This document shows, piece after piece, positions 38,570-48,207 of a DNA stretch of 64,000 nt; the stretch's first letter is position 1; each line of letters opens with the position of its first letter. The translations under genes and the position numbers were made by a program. The notes under the pieces were generated by a model. That model was not told where the DNA came from. It did not search any database and saw nothing but the letters and a program-made list of their open reading frames with translations. Location: positions 135,469 through 199,468 of the IMG/VR virus record IMGVR_UViG_3300049137_000157. One strand, 5' to 3'. This DNA is from a virus.

Positions 38570-38983
38570 ATGTACAGGGTCGAGAAGAGAGACGGCAGTG
38601 AGACCGTCGAGTTCGGGACGGTGACCGAACTGGCCGAGTGGGCGATCCGGGAGCGCGTCTTCGATCACCGGACCGGCGGCGTGCCGTACCCGACCCGGCT
38701 GGAAGACGTGTACCTGGGGTCGCGCAACCACGACCCCGGGACGGACTACTACGTGATCGATCGCTTCGCGGGCTGGGAGGTCACTCCCGATCACCTGGCC
38801 GCACTGCGGACGGAGAAGGTGCGTCTTCAGGCGGAGGCCGAACAGGCGGAGATCAACGCCGGGTGGCGCACGGTGGAAGAGATCCCGTACATGGACAACT
38901 CCGTGGAGGCGATCCAGGAGGACAAGAACGGGAACCGGCGGCGCGTGACGGTGAAGCCGCCGAGCGGCGACGCCTGCTTCTGA
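38570..38983 (+). CDS. hypothetical protein
   Basis: RBS, codon bias. Confidence 0.7.
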   Translation: MYRVEKRDGSETVEFGTVTELAEWAIRERVFDHRTGGVPYPTRLEDVYLGSRNHDPGTDYYVIDRFAGWEVTPDHLAALRTEKVRLQAEAEQAEINAGWRTVEEIPYMDNSVEAIQEDKNGNRRRVTVKPPSGDACF

Positions 38984-38999
38984 CCACACGAACGGGAGG

Positions 39000-39293
39000 G
39001 TGAACATGTACGAGGAATCCGCACTGCGTGAGGCTCGGGCGCACCGGGACCACGGGTCCATCATCAGCGACGAGGCCGCTCGGTCGCTTGCCGACATGTG
39101 GCGGTCGAGCGCCCTGTCCGCATCGGTGAACCGACTGGCAACGGAGGGTGAGTGGTCCCTGGATCTCGCCTCCGACCTGAAGAGACTTCGGGACCGGGTC
39201 TTGACTGATGGCCGGAGCGCGGGAGAGGTCACGGAACTGTGCTCCGAGCTGGACGCCCTGATCGCCTGGGCAGAGCGTAGGAACAACGCCTGA
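39000..39293 (+). CDS. hypothetical protein
   Basis: RBS; ISDEAARSLADMW resembles part of 33067-33693. Confidence 0.65.
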   Translation: MNMYEESALREARAHRDHGSIISDEAARSLADMWRSSALSASVNRLATEGEWSLDLASDLKRLRDRVLTDGRSAGEVTELCSELDALIAWAERRNNA

Positions 39294-39358
39294 CCCGGCA
39301 CGCTTCGGGGGAGCACGGGACCGTCCCGTGCTCCTCCGTGGTTCATCGGGAGGGTGGA

Positions 39359-39487
39359 ATGGAAAGCCAGGAACGGACGCCGGGCCGGGTGCCGGAAGAG
39401 TACGCCCGGCAGTACTGGGAGTGGATGGATCGGGAGCTGGACGAGTGGGAGCCCGGTCCCGATCCACTCGACGACACGGAAATGTGA
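39359..39487 (+). CDS. 42-aa acidic peptide (not in ORF track)
   Basis: MESQERTPG..YWEWMDRELDEWEPG; GGGAGG RBS. Confidence 0.5.
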   Translation: MESQERTPGRVPEEYARQYWEWMDRELDEWEPGPDPLDDTEM

Positions 39488-39504
39488 TGGAGAGGGAGAA
39501 GAGG

Positions 39505-39888
39505 ATGGACGACAAGCCGACGCAGGACGTCTGGCGGGTGACGATCGTGCACATGACGAACGAGCGGGCGGGACATCATCAGAGGGGCTTTCTGGTCTGC
39601 CCGTACCCGATGACGGCATTCGAGGCCGTCGACCAGGGTGTACGTCGGGAGGTCGCCGAGATCGCCAAGATGGAGTCCTACCTCCCGAACGAGATCCACG
39701 TCACGGCGTGGCGATCTAGGAGCAAGGGCCGTCAGCGCGGTATCGAGCACGCGTGTGCGGCACTCGCCTCGCTCGACAAGGACACCGGCCAGTACCTGCG
39801 ACACGAACCCTGGGTGGCGGACAGCCACAGGGTGCCGGTCCTGGAGACCGTGAACGGGATCGATCTGCTCGACGTCGAGTGGACCTGA
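39505..39888 (+). CDS. hypothetical protein
   Basis: gagggagaagagg RBS. Confidence 0.65.
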   Translation: MDDKPTQDVWRVTIVHMTNERAGHHQRGFLVCPYPMTAFEAVDQGVRREVAEIAKMESYLPNEIHVTAWRSRSKGRQRGIEHACAALASLDKDTGQYLRHEPWVADSHRVPVLETVNGIDLLDVEWT

Positions 39889-39950
39889 CCCCGGCGACGT
39901 AGCGACATCCAGTACAAGAACGCGACGACCGGCGAGTGGGAGGGCATCTG

Positions 39951-40331
39951 ATGCCGTACGAGGTTCTGATCATCAACGACGGCAACACCGAGGACGCGCA
40001 CCCCGTGTGCGACGAGACGGTGTGCGCCGAAATCATCCTGAAGTGTCTCGGGGTTCCTGCCACCGTACTGGCCGAGGTCGATCCGACCGACCCCGGCACG
40101 CTGGACCTGGGAGACGACGTGTCCGTGGAGGTTGTTCTCCACGGGGAGCAGGACTCGTGTACGTGGTGCGTCTGCTGCGGCAAGTTCATCCAGCACGGCA
40201 TCCGGTACGAGGGCGAGGACGTCGGCTGTCGGCACGGCGAGGACGAGAAGCCGGATGACTTGGATCGTCCGTACATCGACTTCGAGGACAACCCGGTGAT
40301 GCGGGAGTACCTGTCCGGATCTCGGGACTGA
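39951..40331 (+). CDS. acidic protein with CxxCxxC
   Basis: Codon bias. Confidence 0.65.
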   Translation: MPYEVLIINDGNTEDAHPVCDETVCAEIILKCLGVPATVLAEVDPTDPGTLDLGDDVSVEVVLHGEQDSCTWCVCCGKFIQHGIRYEGEDVGCRHGEDEKPDDLDRPYIDFEDNPVMREYLSGSRD

Positions 40332-40366
40332 TCAACCGTACGAAAGATCGACGAGAGGGGAAGTAC

Positions 40367-40591
40367 ATGTCTGCTGCCGACGCGGTGGAGATGGGGGACC
40401 TGGACCTTGGCGTCCGAATGGTCGTCAAGACGTACGACATGAACAGCGGCACGACCGAGAACGCGTGGGACGTTCTCGTGGAGAGGGGGGCACACGGCGA
40501 TCTCGGAGTGGCGTTCGATCTCCTGGCGAACGCGGTCGGTGAGGGCAAGGCGCGGGAAATCCTGACGTCGATCGGCGTCGATATCCCCTGA
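40367..40591 (+). CDS. hypothetical protein
   Basis: RBS. Confidence 0.65.
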   Translation: MSAADAVEMGDLDLGVRMVVKTYDMNSGTTENAWDVLVERGAHGDLGVAFDLLANAVGEGKAREILTSIGVDIP

Positions 40592-40673
40592 CCGGGAGGT
40601 GCCCTAGGGTGGCTGGGCTTCGGCCCGGCCGCCCGGGAGTGCCGCCGGTCAGGCGGACGGAAAGGAGAAGGAA

Positions 40674-40919
40674 GTGGCGTTCAAGTTCAAGGTCACCCGT
40701 CTCGCCGACGGGACGACTAAGGAGATCGTCCGGGAGTCCGATCCGGCCGACGACAGGGACCGGCTGTTCACCGAGGTCTACCGCACTCTGCGGATGTTCA
40801 GTGCGTTCGTCAGTTCGTACACGGCGCACGACTATGCCCGACGGATCGTGGAGATCGAGCCGGGGACGGAGTCCGGGACCATCCTGCCGGGGTGGATCTT
40901 CCGGATCGATCAGGTCTGA
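40674..40919 (+). CDS. hypothetical protein
   Basis: acggaaaggagaagg RBS. Confidence 0.7.
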   Translation: MAFKFKVTRLADGTTKEIVRESDPADDRDRLFTEVYRTLRMFSAFVSSYTAHDYARRIVEIEPGTESGTILPGWIFRIDQV

Positions 40920-40946
40920 CGAGAGCAAGACGGAGAGGGGAAGACG

Positions 40947-41390
40947 ATGAGTTTCGTGCTTTCTGCGGTACGTCCGCCGGAGGGTGAGGCCCAGTACGGC
41001 AAGGCTCTGGTGCCCGAACAGGACCCCTTCACGGTGGTCGGATCGGCCATCCGGATGGTGGTGTGGGTGTTCGCGCAGCAGTCGGCCCCCGTCACGGTCG
41101 GGGAGGCCCGGGAGATCGGGCGGAACCTGATGGACGCCCCTGGTCGAGAGATCCGACACTCGGGGACCGGCTTCACGTTCCGACTGCACAAGGTGGGTAA
41201 GTACGGGGAGGTCCCGCACCCCTGTCCGTGCGATGACGACGGGAACACCTGTGGACGTCTGGTCCTGCCGACGGATCACGCCCTTGCCGCCGACGAGGAC
41301 GCCTACTGCCTCGGGTGCTACCCGTGGGACCGCAACATTCCGGCATGCCTGCCGAAGAGCACGGGACACGCCACCAACCCACTCGACTGA
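40947..41390 (+). CDS. two-domain protein; N-terminus paralogous to 40674-40919, Cys-rich C-terminus
   Basis: Shared A+E+GR.+...PG pattern; CPC..C..YCLGC. Confidence 0.65.
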   Translation: MSFVLSAVRPPEGEAQYGKALVPEQDPFTVVGSAIRMVVWVFAQQSAPVTVGEAREIGRNLMDAPGREIRHSGTGFTFRLHKVGKYGEVPHPCPCDDDGNTCGRLVLPTDHALAADEDAYCLGCYPWDRNIPACLPKSTGHATNPLD

Positions 41391-41428
41391 AGATCCCCGC
41401 CGATCGGCGGGGCGGAAAGGAGAAGGAC

Positions 41429-42037
41429 ATGAACGAGATCATCGAGACGACGGAGGACGGTCGCTACCGAGTGCGGCTGTTCCGTGACGAGGACGCCGGA
41501 CCCGCCAACCCCCGCACCCGGGACGACACCAACCTGGTCAACGTGATCACCCTGTCGGGGCAGGGCTACATCAACGTCGACGAGGACTTCGGCCCGCTCG
41601 CCGAGAGCTGGGAGCGGGTGAAGGACCACCCGAACGCGGTGGAGGTCTTCACGCGGTACGCCACGTCCGTTCACGGAGCCACGGTCATGTACGACCGACC
41701 GTACGACGGCGCGGATGCCATCTGGTACTTCATGCCGGAGAAGCTGTCCGAGGTTGGCCCGCACATCACCGCCGAGATGGTGATCAAGGACGAGATCGAG
41801 GAGTACCAGCGCTGGCGGGAAGATGAGATCTACGCCTACGTCGTCGAGGAGAACGTCCTCCGCGTGAAGGTGGACCGCAGCACCATGACCCCGATCCCGG
41901 GGTCCGGCGTCGAGCGGTGGGAGAAGGTGGACGAGGCCCAGGAGTGGGGGCTGCTCGGGTACGAGTCGGCTGCCGAGGAAGCCCGCCTGGCCCTGATCCC
42001 CTACGGCGGCAAGTTCAGCAGGAAGGCGGAAGCGTGA
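41429..42037 (+). CDS. acidic phage protein (DED..NPR...EEY..W..E+Y motif)
   Basis: ggaaaggagaagg RBS. Confidence 0.75.
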   Translation: MNEIIETTEDGRYRVRLFRDEDAGPANPRTRDDTNLVNVITLSGQGYINVDEDFGPLAESWERVKDHPNAVEVFTRYATSVHGATVMYDRPYDGADAIWYFMPEKLSEVGPHITAEMVIKDEIEEYQRWREDEIYAYVVEENVLRVKVDRSTMTPIPGSGVERWEKVDEAQEWGLLGYESAAEEARLALIPYGGKFSRKAEA

Positions 42038-42441
42038 TGACGGAGACGTTCCCGGAGTACGTGAGGGCCGACGAGAGTCGGATGATCGGCACCGTGGTCA
42101 GTGTGCGTCCCGGAGAGGGGTCCTTCGAGGTCGAGTGGGAGGACGGCCGGTTCTCCCGCGAGAGCCTGTCGGGTGCCGGTTCGGACTGGCTTCCCCTTCT
42201 CTCGCGCAAGACGGCGGAGGCGTGCCTGGCGGTCGTTCAGCAGTACATCGACCGGACCGAGGGCGAGGGTTGGGAGCCCAAGCTGTACCCGCCGGGCCAC
42301 GAGGGACCGTTCTGGGTGGTGTCTCTGGAATGCCAGTCGGACTGGGCGATCGACATCGGCAGCGCCGAGGGGATCACGTGGCCGGACGGAGTGTTCCCGG
42401 AGGCCGTCGCGTCGTGGTGCCTCGGTCTGCACGTCGCATGA
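42037..42441 (+). CDS. hypothetical protein
   Basis: TGATG overlap. Confidence 0.65.
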   Translation: MTETFPEYVRADESRMIGTVVSVRPGEGSFEVEWEDGRFSRESLSGAGSDWLPLLSRKTAEACLAVVQQYIDRTEGEGWEPKLYPPGHEGPFWVVSLECQSDWAIDIGSAEGITWPDGVFPEAVASWCLGLHVA

Positions 42442-42525
42442 TCGCGCCGTGAGCTTCGGGCGCGCACCGGATCCCGAGAGGGTCGGGTGCGCGTCCGTGT
42501 CCTACGGACGGAAGGGAGAAGAGAG

Positions 42526-42861
42526 ATGCACGAGACGAATCCGTGCGGGTGCGATGTCCTCAAGATCGGGGACTGGTTCACCGAGCTGGGATCGGAGTAC
42601 GTGGTCCTGGCGGTCCAGTACTACGAGGTGGCCGGAGGGGAGTCCCGGGGGTTCGTTCTGGGGTTCGCCCCGGACATCCACGAGTACCGGGTTTGGGAGA
42701 TCGACGAGAACGGCGTCCGGATCAGCCGGAGGCGGACGAACATCGAGGACAACGCGTTGAACGACTACGCCGTTCTCTCGGTGACCGCCCTGTACACGGC
42801 GAGGAACCGGATGGCTCCGAAGCTGACTTTCGGCCACGTCACCGACCGGGACGTGCTGTGA
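42526..42861 (+). CDS. hypothetical protein
   Basis: acggaagggagaaga RBS. Confidence 0.7.
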   Translation: MHETNPCGCDVLKIGDWFTELGSEYVVLAVQYYEVAGGESRGFVLGFAPDIHEYRVWEIDENGVRISRRRTNIEDNALNDYAVLSVTALYTARNRMAPKLTFGHVTDRDVL

Positions 42862-43139
42862 CTCGGTTCGACGACTTCCGGATTCAGCCGCCCGAGGAGT
42901 GGGGGCGGCTCGACATCGGGGAGGACGACTCGGAGGCGTACGCCGTATGGGTGGCGGCGGACGACGTGGAACAGGCCCGGACGGCGTATCTCTCGTACCG
43001 TGCGGCCGACGACGAGTACGCGATCCAGATGCTGCGGATGGGCTGCATGCGGGGCACTCTTCGGGAGGCCCGGAAGGCATCCGAGAACCGGCCGGGGACC
43101 CGGGTGTTCCGGGTCTGCAACGACCCTTCGAAGACGTGA
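42858..43139 (+). CDS. hypothetical protein
   Basis: GTGA overlap. Confidence 0.6.
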   Translation: MTRFDDFRIQPPEEWGRLDIGEDDSEAYAVWVAADDVEQARTAYLSYRAADDEYAIQMLRMGCMRGTLREARKASENRPGTRVFRVCNDPSKT

Positions 43140-43153
43140 GGAGAAACGGCGGC

Positions 43154-43321
43154 ATGGGTGACACGACCGACTACAGGGTCGCTCAGATCCGGGACCTCGG
43201 GAGCCTGGACGACGGCGGACGGATCAAGCTGATGACCGACACCGGCCAGACGCACTGGAACCGCATGTCGGCCGACAAGATGCGGCGCATCGCCGCCATC
43301 GTGGCCGAGCCCGAGGGCTGA
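43154..43321 (+). CDS. hypothetical protein
   Basis: GAGGAG RBS; IKLMTDTGQTHWNRM. Confidence 0.6.
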   Translation: MGDTTDYRVAQIRDLGSLDDGGRIKLMTDTGQTHWNRMSADKMRRIAAIVAEPEG

Positions 43322-43339
43322 CGAAAGGAGAAGAAAGCG

Positions 43340-43582
43340 ATGTTCGACCGCGAGGACATGATGGACATGCAGTACCGGGAGGAGAACCCCGGATACGAAC
43401 GGGAGGTCGGCCTGACGGCTTCGGATCTGGAGGACTGTGATCCCGAGATCGCACTTCTGGTGGCCGACAAGTACGCCCACGACAACAAGCGCCGTCGGGA
43501 CGGCAACCTGCGAACCGAGAACGACTTCCTGCGGGGACTCCTGGAGGAGAACGGCATCGAGATCCCGGAGGGGGAGCACTGA
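43340..43582 (+). CDS. acidic protein
   Basis: acgaaaggagaaga RBS. Confidence 0.7.
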   Translation: MFDREDMMDMQYREENPGYEREVGLTASDLEDCDPEIALLVADKYAHDNKRRRDGNLRTENDFLRGLLEENGIEIPEGEH

Positions 43583-43815
43583 TGGGTCGGACGATCCACC
43601 TGAAGCCCGGGGAGCGGCTGCGCGTTGTGACGCCCGGCGGCGCGGTCGACATCGAAGATTTGCCGAGCGTGCACGAGAGCGGACAGGACATCGTCCGCGT
43701 GGACGTGATCACCGACCGGAACCCGGTCACCCCGATGAACCGGGGCAAGAGCTGGGAGCTGATCGAGGACGACCCGACGGGTGTTGTTCGCATCCTCAGC
43801 AAGCCGACCGACTGA
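43582..43815 (+). CDS. hypothetical protein
   Basis: TGATG overlap. Confidence 0.65.
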   Translation: MGRTIHLKPGERLRVVTPGGAVDIEDLPSVHESGQDIVRVDVITDRNPVTPMNRGKSWELIEDDPTGVVRILSKPTD

Positions 43816-43832
43816 CTGACGGAGGGGACCTC

Positions 43833-44213
43833 ATGCTGCACATGGCCACGTTCACGGGAGTGGAACCCGCTCGGGCGACGTTCCTGGCGGTGTTGGACAC
43901 CAACGCCGAGGATCACCGGGGACGGATCATGGGACGGATCTTGTTCTTCGACCTGCGCTACCCGGATCACGTCGGGAAGTACCCGCACGTCAGCGTCCCG
44001 TTCGACGTGGCGGGGCAGTTCGTCACGGAGGCTCAGCCCGGTTCGATCCACGAGAGCGGATACAAGCTCTACGCGCCGGGAGGTCGGTTGATCCTCTGGG
44101 GGACGGACGAGAGCTGGGCGATACCGGCCAGCGAACACCACCGCTTGTCGGAGTGGGTGGCGGAGTCCTACAGCCGGGAGGGGCGTCTGGTCCCCGAGGT
44201 CGACGACTTCTGA
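43833..44213 (+). CDS. conserved phage protein (F+DxRY...GQFV motif)
   Basis: ILFFDLRYP...GQFVT...LILWG...W. Confidence 0.65.
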   Translation: MLHMATFTGVEPARATFLAVLDTNAEDHRGRIMGRILFFDLRYPDHVGKYPHVSVPFDVAGQFVTEAQPGSIHESGYKLYAPGGRLILWGTDESWAIPASEHHRLSEWVAESYSREGRLVPEVDDF

Positions 44214-44277
44214 CGCTCAGACGGTTCGGGAGTAGGGCAGGGGAGCCATTCCCCTGCCCTTTCCAGTGTCGGTTGAG

Positions 44278-44293
44278 TATGATGGCCTAGGTC
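44278..44293 (+). promoter_or_regulatory. TATGAT -10 box abutting GGCCTAGGTC
   Basis: tatgat-ggcctaggtc. Confidence 0.6.
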
Positions 44294-44456
44294 ACCCGGG
44301 AGGTGGATGGGGATGCGACTGCACGAGGCTCCCGCATGGGTGCGCCGTCTACGAGAGCGACCAGATCTACCTCCCGTCGGAGATCTCCCGGCCGTACGGG
44401 TGGGCCATCATCCGCAAGATCGACACACAGCAGAGCTGAACGGACAGGAGAAGGAC

Positions 44457-44840
44457 ATGATCGAAAACAGTCCGGTGATCGTCACCGAGGACCAGCTCCG
44501 AGAGATCGGGCAGGCAGCCCAGTGGTTCACCAACGGACGGTTCAAGCTGGTTGTCGGGGCGGGATACAGCCCTGACGGCCGGTACATGAACCTCGGTGAG
44601 GGTTCCCCGGCCCTGGCGTGGAACGACCCGGCCGAGGCCGCCGCCTACCTCCTGGGAGCCATGCTCGGAACGGCCTACACGACGGGCGACCTGATCCCTC
44701 AGGAGATCGTGGAGAGCCTGCGTCCGGTCCTCACCGAGCTGGGTATGGCGGGCGGGGAGTCCTCTCCCACCGGCAAGATCATCCCGGCGCGAATTCGGGA
44801 GCTGGAAGCGCTCGGCCGGTGGGACGCCGGTCAGCGCTGA
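44457..44840 (+). CDS. hypothetical protein
   Basis: caggagaagg RBS before ATG 44457. Confidence 0.7.
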   Translation: MIENSPVIVTEDQLREIGQAAQWFTNGRFKLVVGAGYSPDGRYMNLGEGSPALAWNDPAEAAAYLLGAMLGTAYTTGDLIPQEIVESLRPVLTELGMAGGESSPTGKIIPARIRELEALGRWDAGQR

Positions 44841-44874
44841 CCGACCACTCGACAGGAAGAGGGGAGGGAAGAAC

Positions 44875-45246
44875 ATGACGTGGCGTGACAAGGTCCCGGA
44901 GAAGGAACTGCCCCACTGGGAGGCAAGGTGGCAGGACCATCTCGCCCGGGTGCGTCAGGCGTTTCGGAACGGCACCGTCTACGACTACTTCACCTGGGGT
45001 GAGCTGACCCCGGAGGACCGTCGACTCCTGGTCGGCATGGACGCAACCTCGGCCCATTGGGCGGAGACCTCCGAAGGAAACCTCCGGCTGATGCCGTGGG
45101 GCCTGCCCCTGCATGCGAGCTACTGCGACAGCGATTTCCGAAAGGTCGTCTCGGTCGAGAGGGATGTCGTCAGGTACGCCAACGGGATGACCTGGGAGTT
45201 CCGCCCGAACAGCAAGATCGCGGTTCGGTTCACTGTTCAGAAGTGA
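44875..45246 (+). CDS. hypothetical protein
   Basis: RBS. Confidence 0.7.
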   Translation: MTWRDKVPEKELPHWEARWQDHLARVRQAFRNGTVYDYFTWGELTPEDRRLLVGMDATSAHWAETSEGNLRLMPWGLPLHASYCDSDFRKVVSVERDVVRYANGMTWEFRPNSKIAVRFTVQK

Positions 45247-45329
45247 CCTCGCCCCATGCGCTTCGGGCGCGCATCCCAGTTCGGGGTGTGCGTCCGTGCC
45301 GTATCGGACGGGAGAAGGAGAAACCAGCA

Positions 45330-45659
45330 GTGGCTACGTTCGACTACCTGAAGCCTGGCGAGGCCGTGAGACGGGCCTCCCCTCACGCTCGGGACTGGGA
45401 GAACATCGTCGGCTTGAAGGCGGCGGACGCCGGGCTGTTCCTGAAGGACAGGACTCGGGCCGGGTACCTGCGTGAGCCGTCGGATCCGTGGCGGGCTCAC
45501 GCCTACGTGGAACGGTTCTTCCGCGAGATCCAGTCGGTGCAGTGGGCGAAGGACGCCGACCCCGGGGTGGCGGAGGTGTTCTTCACGGACGGGGAGTCGA
45601 CACTCCTGCACAAGTGGGACCTGCTGTGCGTCGAACGACCGATCGATGGAATCAACTGA
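45330..45659 (+). CDS. hypothetical protein
   Basis: gggagaaggag RBS. Confidence 0.65.
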   Translation: MATFDYLKPGEAVRRASPHARDWENIVGLKAADAGLFLKDRTRAGYLREPSDPWRAHAYVERFFREIQSVQWAKDADPGVAEVFFTDGESTLLHKWDLLCVERPIDGIN

Positions 45660-45697
45660 CCGTCGTACCCAGCAGTAGACATGAAGGGGAAGAGAGC

Positions 45698-45883
45698 ATG
45701 GACCTGACCATCGCCAAGGAAGACCTGTCCGACTGGATGGGGCGAAAGGTGACCGACGCCGAGGTGGAGTATCTGGCGGAAACCATCGGGTACTCCAGCG
45801 TTCCGGAGGCCATCGCCACCATCCTGGACGGCATGCCCAGCCACCGCCAGGTCGACGGCAGCGAAGAGGAGGATGGCGAGTGA
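45698..45883 (+). CDS. small acidic protein
   Basis: RBS. Confidence 0.6.
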   Translation: MDLTIAKEDLSDWMGRKVTDAEVEYLAETIGYSSVPEAIATILDGMPSHRQVDGSEEEDGE

Positions 45884-46149
45884 ATAGCGCCCTGGAGGTC
45901 AGCGACGCCGGACGGTACCGCTACAGCTCGACCTACCCGGACTTCCCGGCCATGTTCGAGGGTGAGGAAGTAGGCGTGATCCTGGAGGTCGAAGGAGGCT
46001 TCCGGGCCTACATCCGGCCCGCCGTTCCGGGAGGCGCGCCCTGGTGGGGGCCGGAGAAGGTGTTCCAGTCGACGGCGATCGACGACCTGGAGACGGAGCT
46101 GATGAACCGGGGTGTGATCCCCGTGCGCACCCTCGGGGGGAGGAGCTGA
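45880..46149 (+). CDS. hypothetical protein
   Basis: GTGA overlap. Confidence 0.65.
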   Translation: MNSALEVSDAGRYRYSSTYPDFPAMFEGEEVGVILEVEGGFRAYIRPAVPGGAPWWGPEKVFQSTAIDDLETELMNRGVIPVRTLGGRS

Positions 46150-46319
46150 TGTTGGCGGTGGAAGTGGAGCGCTGCTCCCGGTGCCGACAGCCCTTCGAGA
46201 CGGGAGAGCGCCGCTACGCCGACCCTTGCTGCGGGGCTCCGGACTGCGACGGTCTGATGAACGAGTCGCACTTCCGATGCCTGTCCCGAGTCGACCAGGA
46301 GATCCACCGGGAGTACTGA
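46149..46319 (+). CDS. small zinc-binding protein
   Basis: CSRC...CC..DC...HxxC; TGATG overlap. Confidence 0.6.
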   Translation: MLAVEVERCSRCRQPFETGERRYADPCCGAPDCDGLMNESHFRCLSRVDQEIHREY

Positions 46320-46413
46320 CCCCGTGGCGTTCGGGGGCGTCCGGCTTCGGCCGGGCGTCTCAGTGCCCTACGGGTGAAAGGAAAAGAACACGACCTGAGG
46401 AAAGGAAGCGGTC

Positions 46414-46674
46414 ATGGGTGAAGCGCCGTACGGGATGCCCGCTGCGCAGCGTGGCGGAATCCGCGAACGGGCCAGTGCGGGGGTCATCGGCAAGGTGGAG
46501 GTCACGCCCTGCGGACTCATCGTCCTGCCTCTCGGACGCCTGACGGATCCGGGAGACGGTACGGTCTGGGAACCGACCGGCCGGATCGCTCTCGTACCCA
46601 GCGAGTGGAAGGCTCTGGTCGCCGAGATCGAAGCCAAGAAGGCCGACTTGGGCAGCCCGAACCGGTCGGACTGA
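46414..46674 (+). CDS. hypothetical protein
   Basis: ggaaagg RBS. Confidence 0.6.
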   Translation: MGEAPYGMPAAQRGGIRERASAGVIGKVEVTPCGLIVLPLGRLTDPGDGTVWEPTGRIALVPSEWKALVAEIEAKKADLGSPNRSD

Positions 46675-46698
46675 TCTTGCTGAACGGAAAGGAGAGAA

Positions 46699-47094
46699 GT
46701 GGACAAGCTGGGTGGCTTGATCCGGAGGGACGGGATCGAGGTACAGGCGATCGAGGTACCTCCTCGGAATGGCCGACGCTTTCTGGTCGCACTCCTCAAG
46801 GACGATCGGAAAGGGGCGAACCGCCTCTCGGTTCTCGGCCCTTACGAGGCCCCGGAACCTCCGGACGCTTTCGAGGTGTTGTCGTACCTCTTCCTTGTCG
46901 TCACCGCTTCCGTGGAACGCACCGATTCCTACGAGACGTGGGTGAGCGACGTGTCGGCACCCACGGATCGCAAGCCGTGGGAGAAGTACCCGAAGAGGCT
47001 GTACACGCAGTGGGTAGCGACGGCCGACCGACTGCGCGATTTCCTCGGAGACCGGTACGACGAGTACCGGAACTCCGACCTGGACAAGAGCTGA
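46699..47094 (+). CDS. hypothetical protein
   Basis: acggaaaggagagaa RBS. Confidence 0.7.
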   Translation: MDKLGGLIRRDGIEVQAIEVPPRNGRRFLVALLKDDRKGANRLSVLGPYEAPEPPDAFEVLSYLFLVVTASVERTDSYETWVSDVSAPTDRKPWEKYPKRLYTQWVATADRLRDFLGDRYDEYRNSDLDKS

Positions 47095-47108
47095 GAAGGA
47101 GAAGAAGC

Positions 47109-47309
47109 GTGATCACAACGATCCTCAACACCGCCCGCCAGGAAGATCTGGAGCAGGCTCGGGTCTTCGTGTCCAACCACCTGCACCTCCCCCTGGAGGA
47201 CGTCTCCCGGAAGGTGGCGGTGGCGTACATCTGCAAGCACTTCCGTCAGGGTTCCTACGAGTACTGGGAGGGCTGGGAGGCGATGCTCGCCGCCGACCGC
47301 CGGAACTGA
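47109..47309 (+). CDS. hypothetical protein
   Basis: aaggagaaga RBS. Confidence 0.6.
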   Translation: MITTILNTARQEDLEQARVFVSNHLHLPLEDVSRKVAVAYICKHFRQGSYEYWEGWEAMLAADRRN

Positions 47310-47345
47310 CGCCGGTGTGCTGGTTGCCACACATCTGTAAGCGGC

Positions 47346-47374
47346 TGGACGGCAACGGCCTAGGCCGATAAAGT
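47346..47374 (+). promoter_or_regulatory. sigmaA/HrdB-like promoter with CGGCCTAGGCCG in the spacer
   Basis: TGGACG-17 bp-TAAAGT. Confidence 0.55.
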
Positions 47375-47445
47375 CGGGAGGGTTTCCGGGGGTTGTTCCC
47401 GGCACCCTCCCGACGTCGTATCGGGATCGGAAGGAGAAGAAAAGG

Positions 47446-47877
47446 ATGCTCAGCGAAGATCTTGCCGTCTGGATCCAGGAGGAACCCGCTCTCCTGGAGC
47501 GTGTTCGTCAGTTCATCGAGCAGGACAAGCGGGACAGGAGTTTCATCCTCGGCCCTTGGCTGACGGACGCCCTGTTCGGCATCGGGACTTCGTATCGGGA
47601 ATCCGACCCGGTGCGGGAGGCCCTTCAGCGGGGACGGGACCGCCTTCTCGGCACTTACACGCGAGACGACTTCCAAGGTCTCTTGCTGGACGAGTGGCAC
47701 GAGATCGCTCGCAGCCTGGAGCGTCCCGTCTGTCAGTGCGAGCACCAGCGGCACTTCGAAGGCGGGCTGCACGCCTACCTCAGCGAACATGTACTGGCGG
47801 GTGACCGACGGGCACAGCACGTCGGCCCGATCTGCGACCCGTGCGCCGAGAAGTGCATGAAGGACTACCTGATCTAA
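47446..47877 (+). CDS. helical protein with C-terminal Cys/His domain; paralog family with 47887, 50141, 55899
   Basis: LAVWIQEEP...EWHEIARSL; CQC.H..H...CDPC. Confidence 0.7.
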   Translation: MLSEDLAVWIQEEPALLERVRQFIEQDKRDRSFILGPWLTDALFGIGTSYRESDPVREALQRGRDRLLGTYTRDDFQGLLLDEWHEIARSLERPVCQCEHQRHFEGGLHAYLSEHVLAGDRRAQHVGPICDPCAEKCMKDYLI

Positions 47878-47886
47878 GGAGACGGC

Positions 47887-48207
47887 GTGACAACGGCAAC
47901 CGAAGAGATTCTGGACTGGGTTCGGAACGACCATCCGGTCTGCGATCACCTGGCGCGTGCGGCGGAGAAGAGCAACGGGCCGGAGCGGGTGCAGTGGTAC
48001 ATCACCGAGCTGCTGTACGGGAGCAGCGGGCCGGTGCTGTACCGACGGCGGCATCAGGTCTTCGTCGGCAGCCTGGCAGGCTTCGAGGAGCACCTGCCGG
48101 GTCTGGTGCGTGACCGTCTCGAAGAGATCGGCGCGAGCCTGTCCGAAGTCGACTGGGAGACCGTCGCCCGGGAGGCCCGAACGGTGATCAACGGGGAGGG
48201 TTCATGA
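47887..48207 (+). CDS. helical acidic protein (W..ND...VDW..VA family)
   Basis: ILDWVRND...SEVDWETVAR. Confidence 0.7.
   Translation: MTTATEEILDWVRNDHPVCDHLARAAEKSNGPERVQWYITELLYGSSGPVLYRRRHQVFVGSLAGFEEHLPGLVRDRLEEIGASLSEVDWETVAREARTVINGEGS

Noticed and set aside
37574-39619. 681-aa minus-strand ORF
   Set aside because: Same shadow-ORF pattern
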